The notes under the pieces were generated by a model that did not search any database, was not told where the DNA came from, and was given only the letters and a program-made list of their open reading frames with translations. This document shows, one piece after another, positions 18,949 to 29,664 of a stretch of DNA of 64,000 bases (positions within the stretch are counted from its first letter, which is position 1; each line of letters begins with the position of its first letter). Source of the stretch: Polyangiaceae bacterium (GTDB taxonomy: Bacteria; Myxococcota_A; Polyangia; Polyangiales; Polyangiaceae); NCBI GenBank assembly GCA_965222375.1, contig CBDCTZ010000015.1, positions 1,440,001 through 1,504,000 of the forward strand, written 5' to 3'. Position numbers and translations under genes: made by a program.

Positions 18949-21900
18949 TCAATCCTCCGCCCCAGCGTCCTCCTTCCGCGCCAACGCTAGGATGCGCGCA
19001 TGCTCGGCCACTCCTTCCAGGAACGCGCGGCGCAGTGCGGGCTCGTCAACCTCCGCGGCGCGCTCCAGCAACCTGCCCTTGGCCCGCTCGAGTACCGCGC
19101 GGGCCGCAAGCGCATCACCGCTGGCGGCCAGGGTCTCGATCATCGCCAATTGGACACTGGCCTCGCCATCCGCGATAGTGCTGATGCGCTCCATTTGCTC
19201 TTGCAGCTCGCGAACCAAGGCAAGCGCCCGCACAGTGCTGCCTTCCTCCAGGTGAGCGCGAGCCAAGGTGCCCATGGCCTGGAGCCTGAGAGCAGGCACA
19301 TGTTCGGAGATATCGCTTGCAACCTTGGCTTCGTGAACAGCGGAAGGAGCGTCGCCTTGCGCAAGCAACAGCTCTGCCAAGTGGTTGCGAGCACCCGCCT
19401 CCATGCGTCGGTCTCCCTGGGCGCCCAGCATGGCGATCGCAGTGTCCAGAAGGGGGCGGGCTTCGTCGAGGCGTCCAGTTCGGGTGAGGGTGGCAGCCAG
19501 GTTGTTCGTGGCCGAGGCAATGAGGTTCGCGAGACCCAAACGCTCCCCTATTGCCACCGCCTCGCGGAGCGCACGCTCCGCGTCGTCGTAGGCCCCGAGC
19601 ACCATGCTAGCGTGTCCGCAGTTGTGGCGGTGCACGGCAGCCGCACGCAGGTCTCCAGCCTGTTCGCTGCTGCTAGCAGCAGCCTGTGACAAGCGCCAGT
19701 AGCTGAAGGTCTTCCCTCGAAACAGGGCACGCGCGGCCAAGCTAGCCTGCCACCGCGCTCGCATCCCGGGGTCGTCGGTCTGGGTTGAAGCCCCGCGCCC
19801 AAGGTGCGTGAACATCTCCTCGGCGAGTTCGTACTCACCAAGTTGGAGCATGGCGACTGCCACACGGTTGCAACAGATCAACGTCGCCGGAGTGTCCAGG
19901 TCGCACCAACCACCGTCCAGCAACAGGCGAGCACAAGCTCGCTCACAATCTACGTCTCCGGCCCGGTGCGCGGCCAAGGTCAGAAGCGCAACGGCCTTGA
20001 GCCACTCCGAGCTCCCTGGATCTAGAGCGTTCATGGCGTCCTGAGCCGCCGCCTGTGCTTCGGGGTGTTTCGCGAGCCAATACAGAGCCTCTCCCTCCAA
20101 TCTGCGCAGTTTGCCTCGAACGTCCCCGGCGTCAGGAAGCTCGGCCAGAAACCCCAACGCGCGGCGCGCTGCGGAAAGTGCCCCTTCAAGATCGTTGGCC
20201 TCGAGCGCTTCCTCAGCTGCGAGCTGACACCAGAACAAGGCGCGGTCGGCGAGCTCGCCCTGTTCGTAATGTTGAGCCAAGACGATCGCGTCGGGTTCGC
20301 CGTTGTTCTCGAGCCAGCTCCCGGCGAGTCGGTGTCCGCGTGCTCGATCCTCGGAAGTGAGCATTCCGTAGGCAGCCTCCTGAAGCAGTGCATGTCGAAA
20401 CACGTACTCCAGGGTGCCGGGGAATCGACTCTGCAACCGTTTGGTGATCAACTCCCGCTCGCTGAGCGTCTCGAGCCAATCCGCAATCTCGGTTTCATTC
20501 GCGTCGCCACCAATCAAGGCGGAAACGCCGTCCTCCCAGAACGCACCTCCGAAAATGCTCGCCGCGCGCAGCAAGCGCCGCGCAGCGTCCGGTAGCACCT
20601 CCAGCCGCGAGTGGACCATCGCCAAGACGCTTTCGGGTAGTGCATCGTCGCCCTCAGCGACCGAACGAATCAGCTCCTCGAGATAGAATGCATTGCCGTC
20701 CGCCCGATCCGCTACGGATCGGATGCGATCGGCGTCCGCTGCTTCGCCCAACACTTCCCGCGCCAACTTCTCGCAAGCCTTGCGGGTCAAGCCGCCAAGA
20801 CGCAGCTCGGACATGTCGCGGAGCTGCCAGAGCGTGGGGAACTGTTGCCGCGCTTCCGGGCGGGCGAGGCAGAGCACCATCAGCGGCAGTTCGCGCGCCA
20901 TCCGTAGCGTCGTCTCGATGACGTTCACGGTCGGGAGGTCACCCCAGTGCAGGTCTTCAACCACCCATAGAACAGGATGGGCTCGGCACTCACCAACCAC
21001 GAAGTCCACCCAAGCGCGTCGCATTTGATCGCCCATCAGCATTGGATCGCAGCGGGCGGCAGCGAGTTGTGGATTGTCGGATTCGTCGAAAGGGATTCGC
21101 GCAATCTCCCCAAGAAACGCTGCGACCCTCTCTCGCTCCTCGGTAGGGACACATCGCGCAACGCGGTCGCGCAACCGGTCTCCACTGCGCCCTGCTGGCT
21201 CGCCGTCCACGACACCCGCGGCGCGACGAATGGCCTGGGCCAAAAGCCCGAAGGGCGAGCCAGCCGCAACCGGGTCTCCGCGAGACACGAGCAGTTCCAG
21301 ATTGATTTCCCGACCTGCGAGGCGGCGGAGCAGCTCGTAACGCACGCGGGACTTGCCGATTCCCGCCACACCCGTGACCAAAGCGAGGCGCGCCACCGGT
21401 TCGGCCACGCACTCGTCAAACATGCTCTCCAAGAAGCCGAGGTCGCGATCGCGCCCGACGGTGGTGGTGGGCCTTCCCAGGAGTTTGCGGGCGGCTTCGC
21501 CCCGCGGGCGCTCTCCGGAAATGAGCTGCGTCGCAGCGCCGAGGTTGTCGAGATCGAAGCGCCCCTCCAGGAACGACGCACTCACCGAGTCCACGCAGAT
21601 GCCACACCCAGTAGGTGCCGAGGCAAGCATCGATGCGGCCCGCTCGATGACTTCACCCACGGGGACGGGCCCTGCCACAACGCCACGCCCCGTGGCGAGC
21701 GCCATTGGGGCATCAGGCAATAGCGCGCGCAGCGCCAACCCGCAGCGCGCGGCTCGGTTGGCGAGATCCGTGGCGGTGCCACCGAGGGGACCACTTGAAC
21801 CCGACAGCAATACGGCGAGGTCGCCGCTGCGAAGGGGCTCCAGGCGTGCCCCGTATTTGGCGGCGGTGTCACGGAGTGCACGAGATGACGCACCGGCGTG

Positions 21901-22905
21901 CACCACTCGACTGGGGGCATCTGAGCCGGTTCGCACAGCGCTTTCGCCGTCGGCTGCTTCGAGTGGGCCTGCGGCAATGGTCTCAGCCTCTGGAACTGCG
22001 CGCGCAAGCAGGACACACACCAAGCGCTGCTCTGTGTCGGTGAGCACGTCTTCCACGCCCGATGCCTCGTTCGGCCTGCCGCTGGCCCCCTCGACTTCCA
22101 GCCCCCGAATCGCGTCGAGCAGAGCAGCACCATCTCGAGGGCGAGCAGTGGGTTCTTTGGAAAGCATGCGCCTGACGACATCGCATACCTCTTGCGGAAG
22201 CTCCGGGCGGATGCTGCGCAGATCTGGCGCATCCTCGAGGACGAGCTTGGCCAACACGGCAATTTGGGGGCCACCGGCAAAGGGGGGGCGCCCCGTCAGG
22301 CAATGAAACCACACGGCACCGAGGGCAAACACATCCGCGCACGGGTCCACCCTCCGTGCACCCTTGGCCTGCTCTGGCGCCATGTAGCCGACGGTGCCGA
22401 GCACCGAGCCGGTTCTCGTCATTCCAACGCTAACGTCACCCAGGTGAGCAATCCCAAAGTCGAGAACCTTGGTGCGCCCGACCTGGCCATCGACTAGCAG
22501 CAAGTTCGCAGGTTTGATGTCGCGATGCACGACTCGCCGTGAGTGGGCGAGCGCTAGAGCATCGGCGACTCGCCGAACGAGCTCCAAGGAATCTGCATCG
22601 CTTAGAGGAGCCCGCTTGAGTCGCGCGCTCAACGTTTCACCCGAAACCCACTCCATTGCTATGTACAGATGATCTCCCTCGGTGCCGTGGGCGATGTATC
22701 GCACGATGCCTGGGTGATTCAGCTCTGATAGCAGCCTTGCTTCCCGGGCAAAGCGCGCCGCATTCGCATCCCTCGCCATGATCTTCAAGGCAACGGGTTG
22801 TCCGTCGAGACGGTCGACCGCCTGATAGACGTGACCCATGCCTCCCGCCCCCGCCAGGTGCCTGACCTCAAAGCGGTCAGCGATCACTTCTCGAGCATTC
22901 AACAC
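18949..22905 (-). CDS. Ser/Thr kinase - degenerate cyclase-like - STAND AAA ATPase - TPR protein
   Basis: GAGGMGHV, HRDIKPAN, DFG, APE; Walker A GVAGIGKS; Walker B VVEDLHW; GNAFYLEE; TPR-like C-terminus; start taken as GTG 22905. Confidence 0.92.
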   Translation of the reverse strand: MLNAREVIADRFEVRHLAGAGGMGHVYQAVDRLDGQPVALKIMARDANAARFAREARLLSELNHPGIVRYIAHGTEGDHLYIAMEWVSGETLSARLKRAPLSDADSLELVRRVADALALAHSRRVVHRDIKPANLLLVDGQVGRTKVLDFGIAHLGDVSVGMTRTGSVLGTVGYMAPEQAKGARRVDPCADVFALGAVWFHCLTGRPPFAGGPQIAVLAKLVLEDAPDLRSIRPELPQEVCDVVRRMLSKEPTARPRDGAALLDAIRGLEVEGASGRPNEASGVEDVLTDTEQRLVCVLLARAVPEAETIAAGPLEAADGESAVRTGSDAPSRVVHAGASSRALRDTAAKYGARLEPLRSGDLAVLLSGSSGPLGGTATDLANRAARCGLALRALLPDAPMALATGRGVVAGPVPVGEVIERAASMLASAPTGCGICVDSVSASFLEGRFDLDNLGAATQLISGERPRGEAARKLLGRPTTTVGRDRDLGFLESMFDECVAEPVARLALVTGVAGIGKSRVRYELLRRLAGREINLELLVSRGDPVAAGSPFGLLAQAIRRAAGVVDGEPAGRSGDRLRDRVARCVPTEERERVAAFLGEIARIPFDESDNPQLAAARCDPMLMGDQMRRAWVDFVVGECRAHPVLWVVEDLHWGDLPTVNVIETTLRMARELPLMVLCLARPEARQQFPTLWQLRDMSELRLGGLTRKACEKLAREVLGEAADADRIRSVADRADGNAFYLEELIRSVAEGDDALPESVLAMVHSRLEVLPDAARRLLRAASIFGGAFWEDGVSALIGGDANETEIADWLETLSERELITKRLQSRFPGTLEYVFRHALLQEAAYGMLTSEDRARGHRLAGSWLENNGEPDAIVLAQHYEQGELADRALFWCQLAAEEALEANDLEGALSAARRALGFLAELPDAGDVRGKLRRLEGEALYWLAKHPEAQAAAQDAMNALDPGSSEWLKAVALLTLAAHRAGDVDCERACARLLLDGGWCDLDTPATLICCNRVAVAMLQLGEYELAEEMFTHLGRGASTQTDDPGMRARWQASLAARALFRGKTFSYWRLSQAAASSSEQAGDLRAAAVHRHNCGHASMVLGAYDDAERALREAVAIGERLGLANLIASATNNLAATLTRTGRLDEARPLLDTAIAMLGAQGDRRMEAGARNHLAELLLAQGDAPSAVHEAKVASDISEHVPALRLQAMGTLARAHLEEGSTVRALALVRELQEQMERISTIADGEASVQLAMIETLAASGDALAARAVLERAKGRLLERAAEVDEPALRRAFLEGVAEHARILALARKEDAGAED

Positions 22906-23376
22906 CGAGAGACAAGTATACGCGGAGCGCGAACCCCGCGTCGCTCCCACGCGTCCCCCTGGTATGGCTGGCCTCGACGATGCCAAAGTGCGAAAGGAAG
23001 CGCCAACGCCGCCCTAGATCGACAACCCCAACCCACGCCGCTTCCGACCATTGTGGTTGGGTTCGTCTGGAGCGTCCCCGTGACGCTGGTCGCGTGAAAT
23101 TTGTACCCATGACGCTTGCCGGTCTCCGCGTTGATCCGCTTTGGGCCTGCGTTGTGGTAGCAACGCTATGTCGCAAGGCGCTGACGAACGCATGGGCCCC
23201 ACGCGAAGCACGTCGCGGCCCCTCCCACTAGTTCTGCCCCCGAAACCGGTGGTGATGTCAGCGGCACCCTGGCGCCGAAGACGCCACGACGTTCCGCTGC
23301 GCAAACCGATCCCGCGGCGATTGCACCGTGCTGACGGAGGCGTGCTATCCTGCGACCGACTTACGGTGGTGCTCAA

Positions 23377-24366
23377 TTGAAACGCTTTCTTGAGGTGACA
23401 GCACGTCGCGCAGCCATCCTGGCAGCATCGGCGATTGCCTGCGGCGTGGGCTGCTCGATGGTGGCTGGGATCGACGAGGACTACCGCGAAGTGGATCCTG
23501 GCCCAGGGGACGCCAGTGTGGGTGGCTCGGCTGGCGTCGGGGCTACGGGTGGTGGAGGTGCTACCGGCAGCGGAGGCTTTGCGACGGGTGGATTCGGCGG
23601 ATCCTCCGGCGGCAGCGGTGGCGCTCCGGGAGGGTCTGGTGGTTCGGGCACCGGTGGCGCGGGTTCAGGTGGGGCCGCTGGTTCTTCTGGAACGGCGGGG
23701 TCGTCCGGAACTGCAGGGGCTAGCGGCGCAGACGCGGGCGGAGCTGGCGGAGCGGATGCCGGGACAGATGCGAGTGGAAGCGGCGGCGCGGATGCCGGGA
23801 CAGACGCGGGAGGAAGCGGGGGTGCAGATGCCGGTGGCACCGGTGGTGCGGACGCGGGTGGCACTGGCGGCACCGACGCAGGGACCTCGGGCGTCAACAG
23901 CAACTTCGATGAAACTCCAGGTGCGAACACCTACTTCGGCGGTCTCAAATCGAGCAATTGGGTCGGCAGCAGCTTCCATGCGCCTAACGCCGGGACTGAG
24001 TTGTTCGCATCCGGAAACGGCAACTCGAGCGGCACCTTTGCCAACATCGGGATCAAGAAGAACCTCGGCGGCAAGGTCGAAAACAAGACCTACACCGTCT
24101 CGTTCTACATTGTGCAGCCGTCCGTCGGGCAGATGGGCATGGAGCTCTCGGACTTCAACCGTCTGCGCGTTGGCGGCGACAGCGGCACAGTGACGTGGAC
24201 CGCCACTCCGCTGTCATCGGGACCCAACAATTGGGTGCAGTGGAAGGGCACCTACAAGCCCGCGCCTGCCGACGTCGGTGGTCCCTTCTTCTTCGACGCG
24301 CTTTTCGATCTGGACGCCAAACACTCCATCGGTATCGATGGACCCATCGTAGCAACGCCGCTCTGA
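23377..24366 (+). CDS. Lipoprotein with Gly-rich linker and C-terminal beta-sandwich
   Basis: Signal peptide ending GVGC; GGADAG repeats; CBM-like aromatic C-terminal domain. Confidence 0.75.
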   Translation: MKRFLEVTARRAAILAASAIACGVGCSMVAGIDEDYREVDPGPGDASVGGSAGVGATGGGGATGSGGFATGGFGGSSGGSGGAPGGSGGSGTGGAGSGGAAGSSGTAGSSGTAGASGADAGGAGGADAGTDASGSGGADAGTDAGGSGGADAGGTGGADAGGTGGTDAGTSGVNSNFDETPGANTYFGGLKSSNWVGSSFHAPNAGTELFASGNGNSSGTFANIGIKKNLGGKVENKTYTVSFYIVQPSVGQMGMELSDFNRLRVGGDSGTVTWTATPLSSGPNNWVQWKGTYKPAPADVGGPFFFDALFDLDAKHSIGIDGPIVATPL

Positions 24367-24419
24367 TCTGAGAGGCCCCCCGCCCCCGCCTCCAACAATC
24401 CGCCGCCCGCCTAGTGACC

Positions 24420-24635
24420 CAACCCCACCCCCCGCTTTACCTCCCAAGAAGGGTAGCGGCGAAGTCGGGGAGGGTACGGTGGTGCTGCGGCAACCCCAAG
24501 GACTCAAACAGACACCTTGGCCCAAGAAGTCGACGACGTATTCACGCCGCATGTCGACACCTTCCCGTCGAGGCGAGACAAGTCCTGCACGCCCTGCCAC
24601 GGTCGAGCCATCTCCGACCCAATCATGGGACGGCC
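24420..24635 (-). pseudogene. Degraded DUF559-type endonuclease remnant with adjacent C-rich/G-rich palindrome
   Basis: Two frames read PMIGSEMARPWQG..SRLDG and GVDMRREYVVDFL, resembling the DUF559 N-terminus. Confidence 0.45.
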
Positions 24636-24821
24636 CTGACCACCGTCGAGGGTGCCAAAGGTCCAAACTGGCAGCCAGGACACGTGGGGATGCTGCAACG
24701 CGCACTCCCGCGGCACTCATCTCGCCTTGTTGCCCTGGGCGCGGGCTCGGATTCAGACCCCAATCGCGACGTGTGCTTCTTCAGCGAAGAAGACGGAACC
24801 CTGCTCCCGCACCGACCTGGC

Positions 24822-26093
24822 TCAGTTCGAAGGACAGGTTGTGGCGTTGGCCACCTGGCATTTTCCGTTGGCGCACTCTGCGGACAACGCACACTCTGGC
24901 CCTTTGATCGGGTCGCAGGCGGCACCGACTGCAGCTGTTTTGACGCAAGTGCCGGTGTTCAAGGTGGGAGGAACGACACACCTTGCTCCCCCAGAGCAGA
25001 CGAGCAGGTATTCGCCCTGCACCAACCCACACGGAGCACCTGGCCCGGGATTGATCTTGGCAATGCACTTCTGGGTGGTCGAATCACACCTGACCCCCAT
25101 GAATGTGTTGCAACTCTTGGACTCAGCCGGATCGCAGGACGCACCCACTGTGCCGAGGTCGGGCTTTTTGCAGGTCTTTGAGCTGCCGCAGACAAGACCC
25201 GCCGCGCAATCCTCGCCGGCTCCGCACACGGCACCGGCAGCTCCGACCGCGACGCAGGTGTCGCCGGGACCGCAGAAAGCGCCAATCTCACACTTTTGAT
25301 TGCCGACACATGACTCCGAGATCTTCTTTTCGACGGCACACTTGTCATTGGAGTCGCAGAATAGGCCATCTGCGCAATCGGAATTGAAGAAGCAAGGTTC
25401 ACCAACGCTGGGTTCAGCCTTGCACTGTCCACAGAGCGCCCCTTGAGGCGTCTCGCAATTGGTGCTCGCGCACTGCGAGTCCGCAAAGCAGCCCTTTCCG
25501 TTGACGACGCTTCCGGGACCCCCGCACGCGGCGTCATTCGGCTCGGGTTGGTCCTCGAGGAACAGGTAGAATTCCTCACAGGTCGCCTTGCTGAGCAGAT
25601 CCGCATACGCGGCAACCAGGGCGGGCTTGGCACCGGTGCCAGGAGCGTCGGTAGTCTGGCGGCAAGTGACCTCGAGGACGGCTGCGCACTCGGCTTCGTT
25701 TGCGACCGCTAGCAAGTCAAGGTACGTACTGGCGCACTTCGAGATGGCCTTGCAGTACTCTGACGCGAAGCTCTTGCAGGCGACTTCCTTGGTGGCCGTA
25801 GCGAATGAGGAACAAGACAGCCCTCCGCCGCCAGCCGCTCCTCCGCTACCGCTGGCGCCGCCGCTACCTGCAACCGCGCCGGACCCGCCGGTTCCCGCAC
25901 CACCGGTCCCGCCACTGAAGCCACCGCCACCCGCAACCGCACCCGATCCGCCGGTTCCCGCGCCACCGGTGCCAACAGAGCCACCCACACCGCTATCAGG
26001 GGTCCCGCCGTTGCCGTCCCCGCCGTCATCCCCGCCGCACGCCGCCGCTAAGGGCAACACCAAGGCCATTGTAAGTCCGTGTGTCCAGCGCAT
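24822..26093 (-). CDS. Cys-rich (Dickkopf-like repeat) lipoprotein
   Basis: LAAAC lipobox, Gly-rich linker, repeated GxxC...C.xGLxC motifs. Confidence 0.8.
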   Translation of the reverse strand: MRWTHGLTMALVLPLAAACGGDDGGDGNGGTPDSGVGGSVGTGGAGTGGSGAVAGGGGFSGGTGGAGTGGSGAVAGSGGASGSGGAAGGGGLSCSSFATATKEVACKSFASEYCKAISKCASTYLDLLAVANEAECAAVLEVTCRQTTDAPGTGAKPALVAAYADLLSKATCEEFYLFLEDQPEPNDAACGGPGSVVNGKGCFADSQCASTNCETPQGALCGQCKAEPSVGEPCFFNSDCADGLFCDSNDKCAVEKKISESCVGNQKCEIGAFCGPGDTCVAVGAAGAVCGAGEDCAAGLVCGSSKTCKKPDLGTVGASCDPAESKSCNTFMGVRCDSTTQKCIAKINPGPGAPCGLVQGEYLLVCSGGARCVVPPTLNTGTCVKTAAVGAACDPIKGPECALSAECANGKCQVANATTCPSN

Positions 26094-26400
26094 TCGAGCA
26101 TCCTCGCAGTCTAGTTTTGAAAGCAACACGGACATCTGCAACGTGACCGCAACGGTCAGCGAGATGCTCGTGAACCATGACTCAGCATACGTTCTGATCG
26201 CCGCGTCCTTCCTGCCTTGAATCGGACGCTGTCCGACCGCGTTGCTCCCGGGCGCCTACGCATGCGGTCGCGCAAGATTAGCGCACCCAGCGCCGCCCGA
26301 AGCCACGACCCCAAAACGATAGACTTCGACAGGGTGTTAAACGGCGTTTTTGTGTCGCGTCGGACTGGACGCTCGGCCGGTTGGGACTACCCTACGGCCG

Positions 26401-28650
26401 ATGTTGAGGCCCCTAGTTGCCGCGCTGGCCATCGTGATCGGGTGCGCCGGTTGTACCGATGATGCGGACCCGCAGAAGCCTGGTGGATTTGCCGGCTCTG
26501 GGGGCACGGGTGGCACCAGCCCTGGTCCGGCGTGCCCGACTCTCGTGGACTATCGGCCCCCCGCGGGCTTGGCGCCGAGCAGCGTCGCGTTGGCCGGCGA
26601 GTGGAACGAGTTCGACTCAACGGCATTGATGGAGGGGCCGGACGCGAGCGGGAAGTTCAGCCTGACGGTGGATCTGAAGCCGGGGGTATGGGGCTACAAG
26701 CTGGTGCTGAATGGGGACCAATGGCGGCTGGACGACAATGAGGGCTACCGCAAGTACGTGGGCGGCGAGGAGAACTCGGGGCTGCGGGTGCGTAACTGCG
26801 CGCTGCCCGCGCTGAAGGTCGACACCGCCACGAAGGCCCGACCCTCCGCTGGCGCCGGCACCTATGCTGCGACGCTGACGTACGAAGCTGCAGTCAGCGG
26901 CGACGCTTTGGCGAGTGTGGAAGGCGTTCTGCGTACGGCGGGCAAGGAAAGCGCGATTGCACCGAGTGCGATTAAGATGGACGGCACCAGCGTGACTCTG
27001 TCTTTGGACGGACTCGCGGACGGCAAGTACACAGCGCTGGTGTATGCAAAGGACGCCAAGGGGCAGCAGAGCGAAGCGGCTCGATTGGTGTTCTGGATCG
27101 AAGCCGAGGAGTTCGATTGGCGCGACGCCCTGATCTACATGATCGTCACGGACCGTTACAAAAACGGCGATCCGAGCAATGACGTGGGCGCAACCAGCGG
27201 CGTGCAGGACGATCGTGGCGACTTCAAGAATGGCGACCTGGAGGGCATCCGTCAGAAGATCGCCGACGGCACCTTGGACAAGCTCGGCGTCCGTGCCATC
27301 TGGCTGACGCCCTTCCAGACGAACCCGACATCACCGTACTTGGCGTCGGACAACGTACATATGGTGACCGGCTACCATGGCTACTGGCCCATCAAGGCGC
27401 GAGAAGTGGACCCCAGGCTCGGTGGCGAAGCGGCGCTCAAAGCGTTGGTGAAAGAAGCGCATGACCACGGCATTCGCATCCTCATCGACTATGTCGTCAA
27501 CCACGTGCACGAGGACCACGAGTATTTCAAGCAGCATCCAGACTGGTTCCGCACGGGTTGCGTGTGTGGCACCGCTGGCTGCGACTGGACCGCGCAAGCG
27601 CTGGAGTGTTTGTTCACGCCCTACCTTCCGGACGTCAATTGGTCCAACAACGAAGCCGGCGAGCAGTTCGTCGACGACGCGGTGTGGTGGCTGAAGGAAT
27701 TCGACCTGGACGGCGTGCGAGTGGACGCGGTCAAGCACGTCGAGGACGCCGCCATCAACAACCTATCCACGCGAGTGCGGGACGAGTTCGAGCAAGGCGG
27801 CACCAAGCACTTCTTGATGGGTGAAACCGCCATGGGCTGGAGCGACTGCGGCGTCGACTGCAACAAGTTCCAATACGACACCATCAGCCGCTACGTCGGA
27901 AAACACGCCCTGGACGGTCAATTCGACTTCGTGCTCTACCACGCGGTGCCCTACCGCGTGTTTGCCCATGACGAGTTCGGCATGTTGCACGCGGACTTCT
28001 GGGCGCAGACCAGCCAGGCCCAGTACCCTTCCGGCAGCATCATGACGCCCTTCATCGGCAGCCATGACTCGCAGCGCTTCGTCTCTCTCGCCACCTATCG
28101 AGGTCAGCCGGGCTACGACAAGGGCATTCCCCACAACCAGTGGGACAACCTGGCCGGACCACCGCCGGACGCGGAGCCCTACCTGCGTCAGCAAGCCGCA
28201 CTGGGTTGGCTGTTCGGATTACCGGGAGCGCCCCTGCTCTACTACGGCGACGAGTACGGACAGTGGGGCGGTTCGGATCCGGGCAATCGTGCGATGTGGC
28301 GCGAGGAAGCGAATCTCAACGCCGACGAAAAGTCGCTGCTGACCCTGACTCAGAAGCTAGGTAAGGCACGCAAGGACCTCGTCGCTCTACGCCGCGGTGC
28401 ATACCGCTCGCTGTTTTCGACCGAGACCGTGCTGGTCATCGCGCGCCAAGCGGATACCGGTGAAGTGGCCATCGTAGCCGTGTCGCGGGACCCAGGCCCC
28501 ACGACCTCCGTGGTCACGATCCCGCCGAGCCTAGGACTCAAAGATGGACAGTCCCTTACGGACAAGCTCGGCGGGCCCAGCGTGAGCCTCTCGGGGGATC
28601 AATTGAGCCTGAACCTCGGCCCCTACGCCTCCGCGGTCCTGAGTCCATAG
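26401..28650 (+). CDS. GH13 alpha-amylase family lipoprotein with N-terminal CBM48/E-set domain
   Basis: VALAGEWN, YKLVLNGDQW; DYVVNH, DGVRVDAVKH, MGE, FIGSHD. Confidence 0.92.
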   Translation: MLRPLVAALAIVIGCAGCTDDADPQKPGGFAGSGGTGGTSPGPACPTLVDYRPPAGLAPSSVALAGEWNEFDSTALMEGPDASGKFSLTVDLKPGVWGYKLVLNGDQWRLDDNEGYRKYVGGEENSGLRVRNCALPALKVDTATKARPSAGAGTYAATLTYEAAVSGDALASVEGVLRTAGKESAIAPSAIKMDGTSVTLSLDGLADGKYTALVYAKDAKGQQSEAARLVFWIEAEEFDWRDALIYMIVTDRYKNGDPSNDVGATSGVQDDRGDFKNGDLEGIRQKIADGTLDKLGVRAIWLTPFQTNPTSPYLASDNVHMVTGYHGYWPIKAREVDPRLGGEAALKALVKEAHDHGIRILIDYVVNHVHEDHEYFKQHPDWFRTGCVCGTAGCDWTAQALECLFTPYLPDVNWSNNEAGEQFVDDAVWWLKEFDLDGVRVDAVKHVEDAAINNLSTRVRDEFEQGGTKHFLMGETAMGWSDCGVDCNKFQYDTISRYVGKHALDGQFDFVLYHAVPYRVFAHDEFGMLHADFWAQTSQAQYPSGSIMTPFIGSHDSQRFVSLATYRGQPGYDKGIPHNQWDNLAGPPPDAEPYLRQQAALGWLFGLPGAPLLYYGDEYGQWGGSDPGNRAMWREEANLNADEKSLLTLTQKLGKARKDLVALRRGAYRSLFSTETVLVIARQADTGEVAIVAVSRDPGPTTSVVTIPPSLGLKDGQSLTDKLGGPSVSLSGDQLSLNLGPYASAVLSP

Positions 28651-28803
28651 ACAGCTGCGGCCGCAAATGCTGGAAACTATTGCAGTATTTGGGCGCACAG
28701 CTACGTCCCGATTCGCTGCTGTTGACGTTGAGCGCCAGCGCCGTTGAAACCGCTTCTAGCGTAGCGCGTAAGTAGCGACGTACCGAAGGAAGAGGAGATA
28801 CGG

Positions 28804-29643
28804 ATGAATTCAAAGATTGCGTGGGTGAGCGTACTTGCGGTGACCACATCCCTGGCAATGGGGTGTGACGACAAGAAGAAAGCGGAGAACCTGGCACCAA
28901 CTTCTTCCGCTTTGGCACCAGCAGAAAAGCCCACGCAGCAAGCAGTGACTTTCGCCGTCGAGTCCAAGGGCGCGAAGGTCAACTTCCTGATGGACGCACC
29001 TCTCGAGAAGATCTTCGGTGAAGCTCCCGACGCCGTCGAAGGCGAAATCCACGTCGACTTGACCGACACCACGAAGACCACCGCCTTGATCAAGGTCGAC
29101 TTGGACAAGTTGACCTTGTTCCAACAGAAGCGTGAAGACGAAAAGGGCGAGTTTGGCGAGAAAGTCAAAAGCGACAAGCAGAACGAGCACGCCAAGGCGT
29201 GGTTGGAGATCAGCGAAGACGCTCCCAAGGAGCTGCGTGAGAAGCATCGCTTTGCCGAGTTCAAGATCACGAGCCTCGAGGACGTGTCAGTCAAGGACCT
29301 GACCAAGGCGACAGGCGTCGAGCGCAAGCTGACCGCCACCGCTGTTGGCGAGTTCCGCCTGCACGAGCGCAAGGTCTCCAAGAAAGCCAAGCTAGAGGCG
29401 ACCATCAAGTTCGACGGCAACCGCGCATCGGCGATGACGGTCAAGACCGTCGAGCCCGTGGTGGTGGGCTTGGAAGAGCACGATGTTCGACCGCGGGAAG
29501 CCTTCGGCAAGCTCGCCAAGGCGACCCTGAGCGCCATGGGCAGCAAGGTCGCCAAGGAAGCACCCATCGAGCTCGAAATAATCGCTCGAGTTGGCAAAGG
29601 AGCGGCGGCGCCGGCCAAGAAAGAGGAGAAGGGCGGCTACTGA
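28804..29643 (+). CDS. YceI family lipoprotein
   Basis: Strong RBS GAGGAG; AMGC lipobox; APLEKIFG, AEFKIT, GEFRLH beta-barrel pattern. Confidence 0.8.
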   Translation: MNSKIAWVSVLAVTTSLAMGCDDKKKAENLAPTSSALAPAEKPTQQAVTFAVESKGAKVNFLMDAPLEKIFGEAPDAVEGEIHVDLTDTTKTTALIKVDLDKLTLFQQKREDEKGEFGEKVKSDKQNEHAKAWLEISEDAPKELREKHRFAEFKITSLEDVSVKDLTKATGVERKLTATAVGEFRLHERKVSKKAKLEATIKFDGNRASAMTVKTVEPVVVGLEEHDVRPREAFGKLAKATLSAMGSKVAKEAPIELEIIARVGKGAAAPAKKEEKGGY

Positions 29644-29664
29644 GTCGTCTCGGTCCGAAACGCA

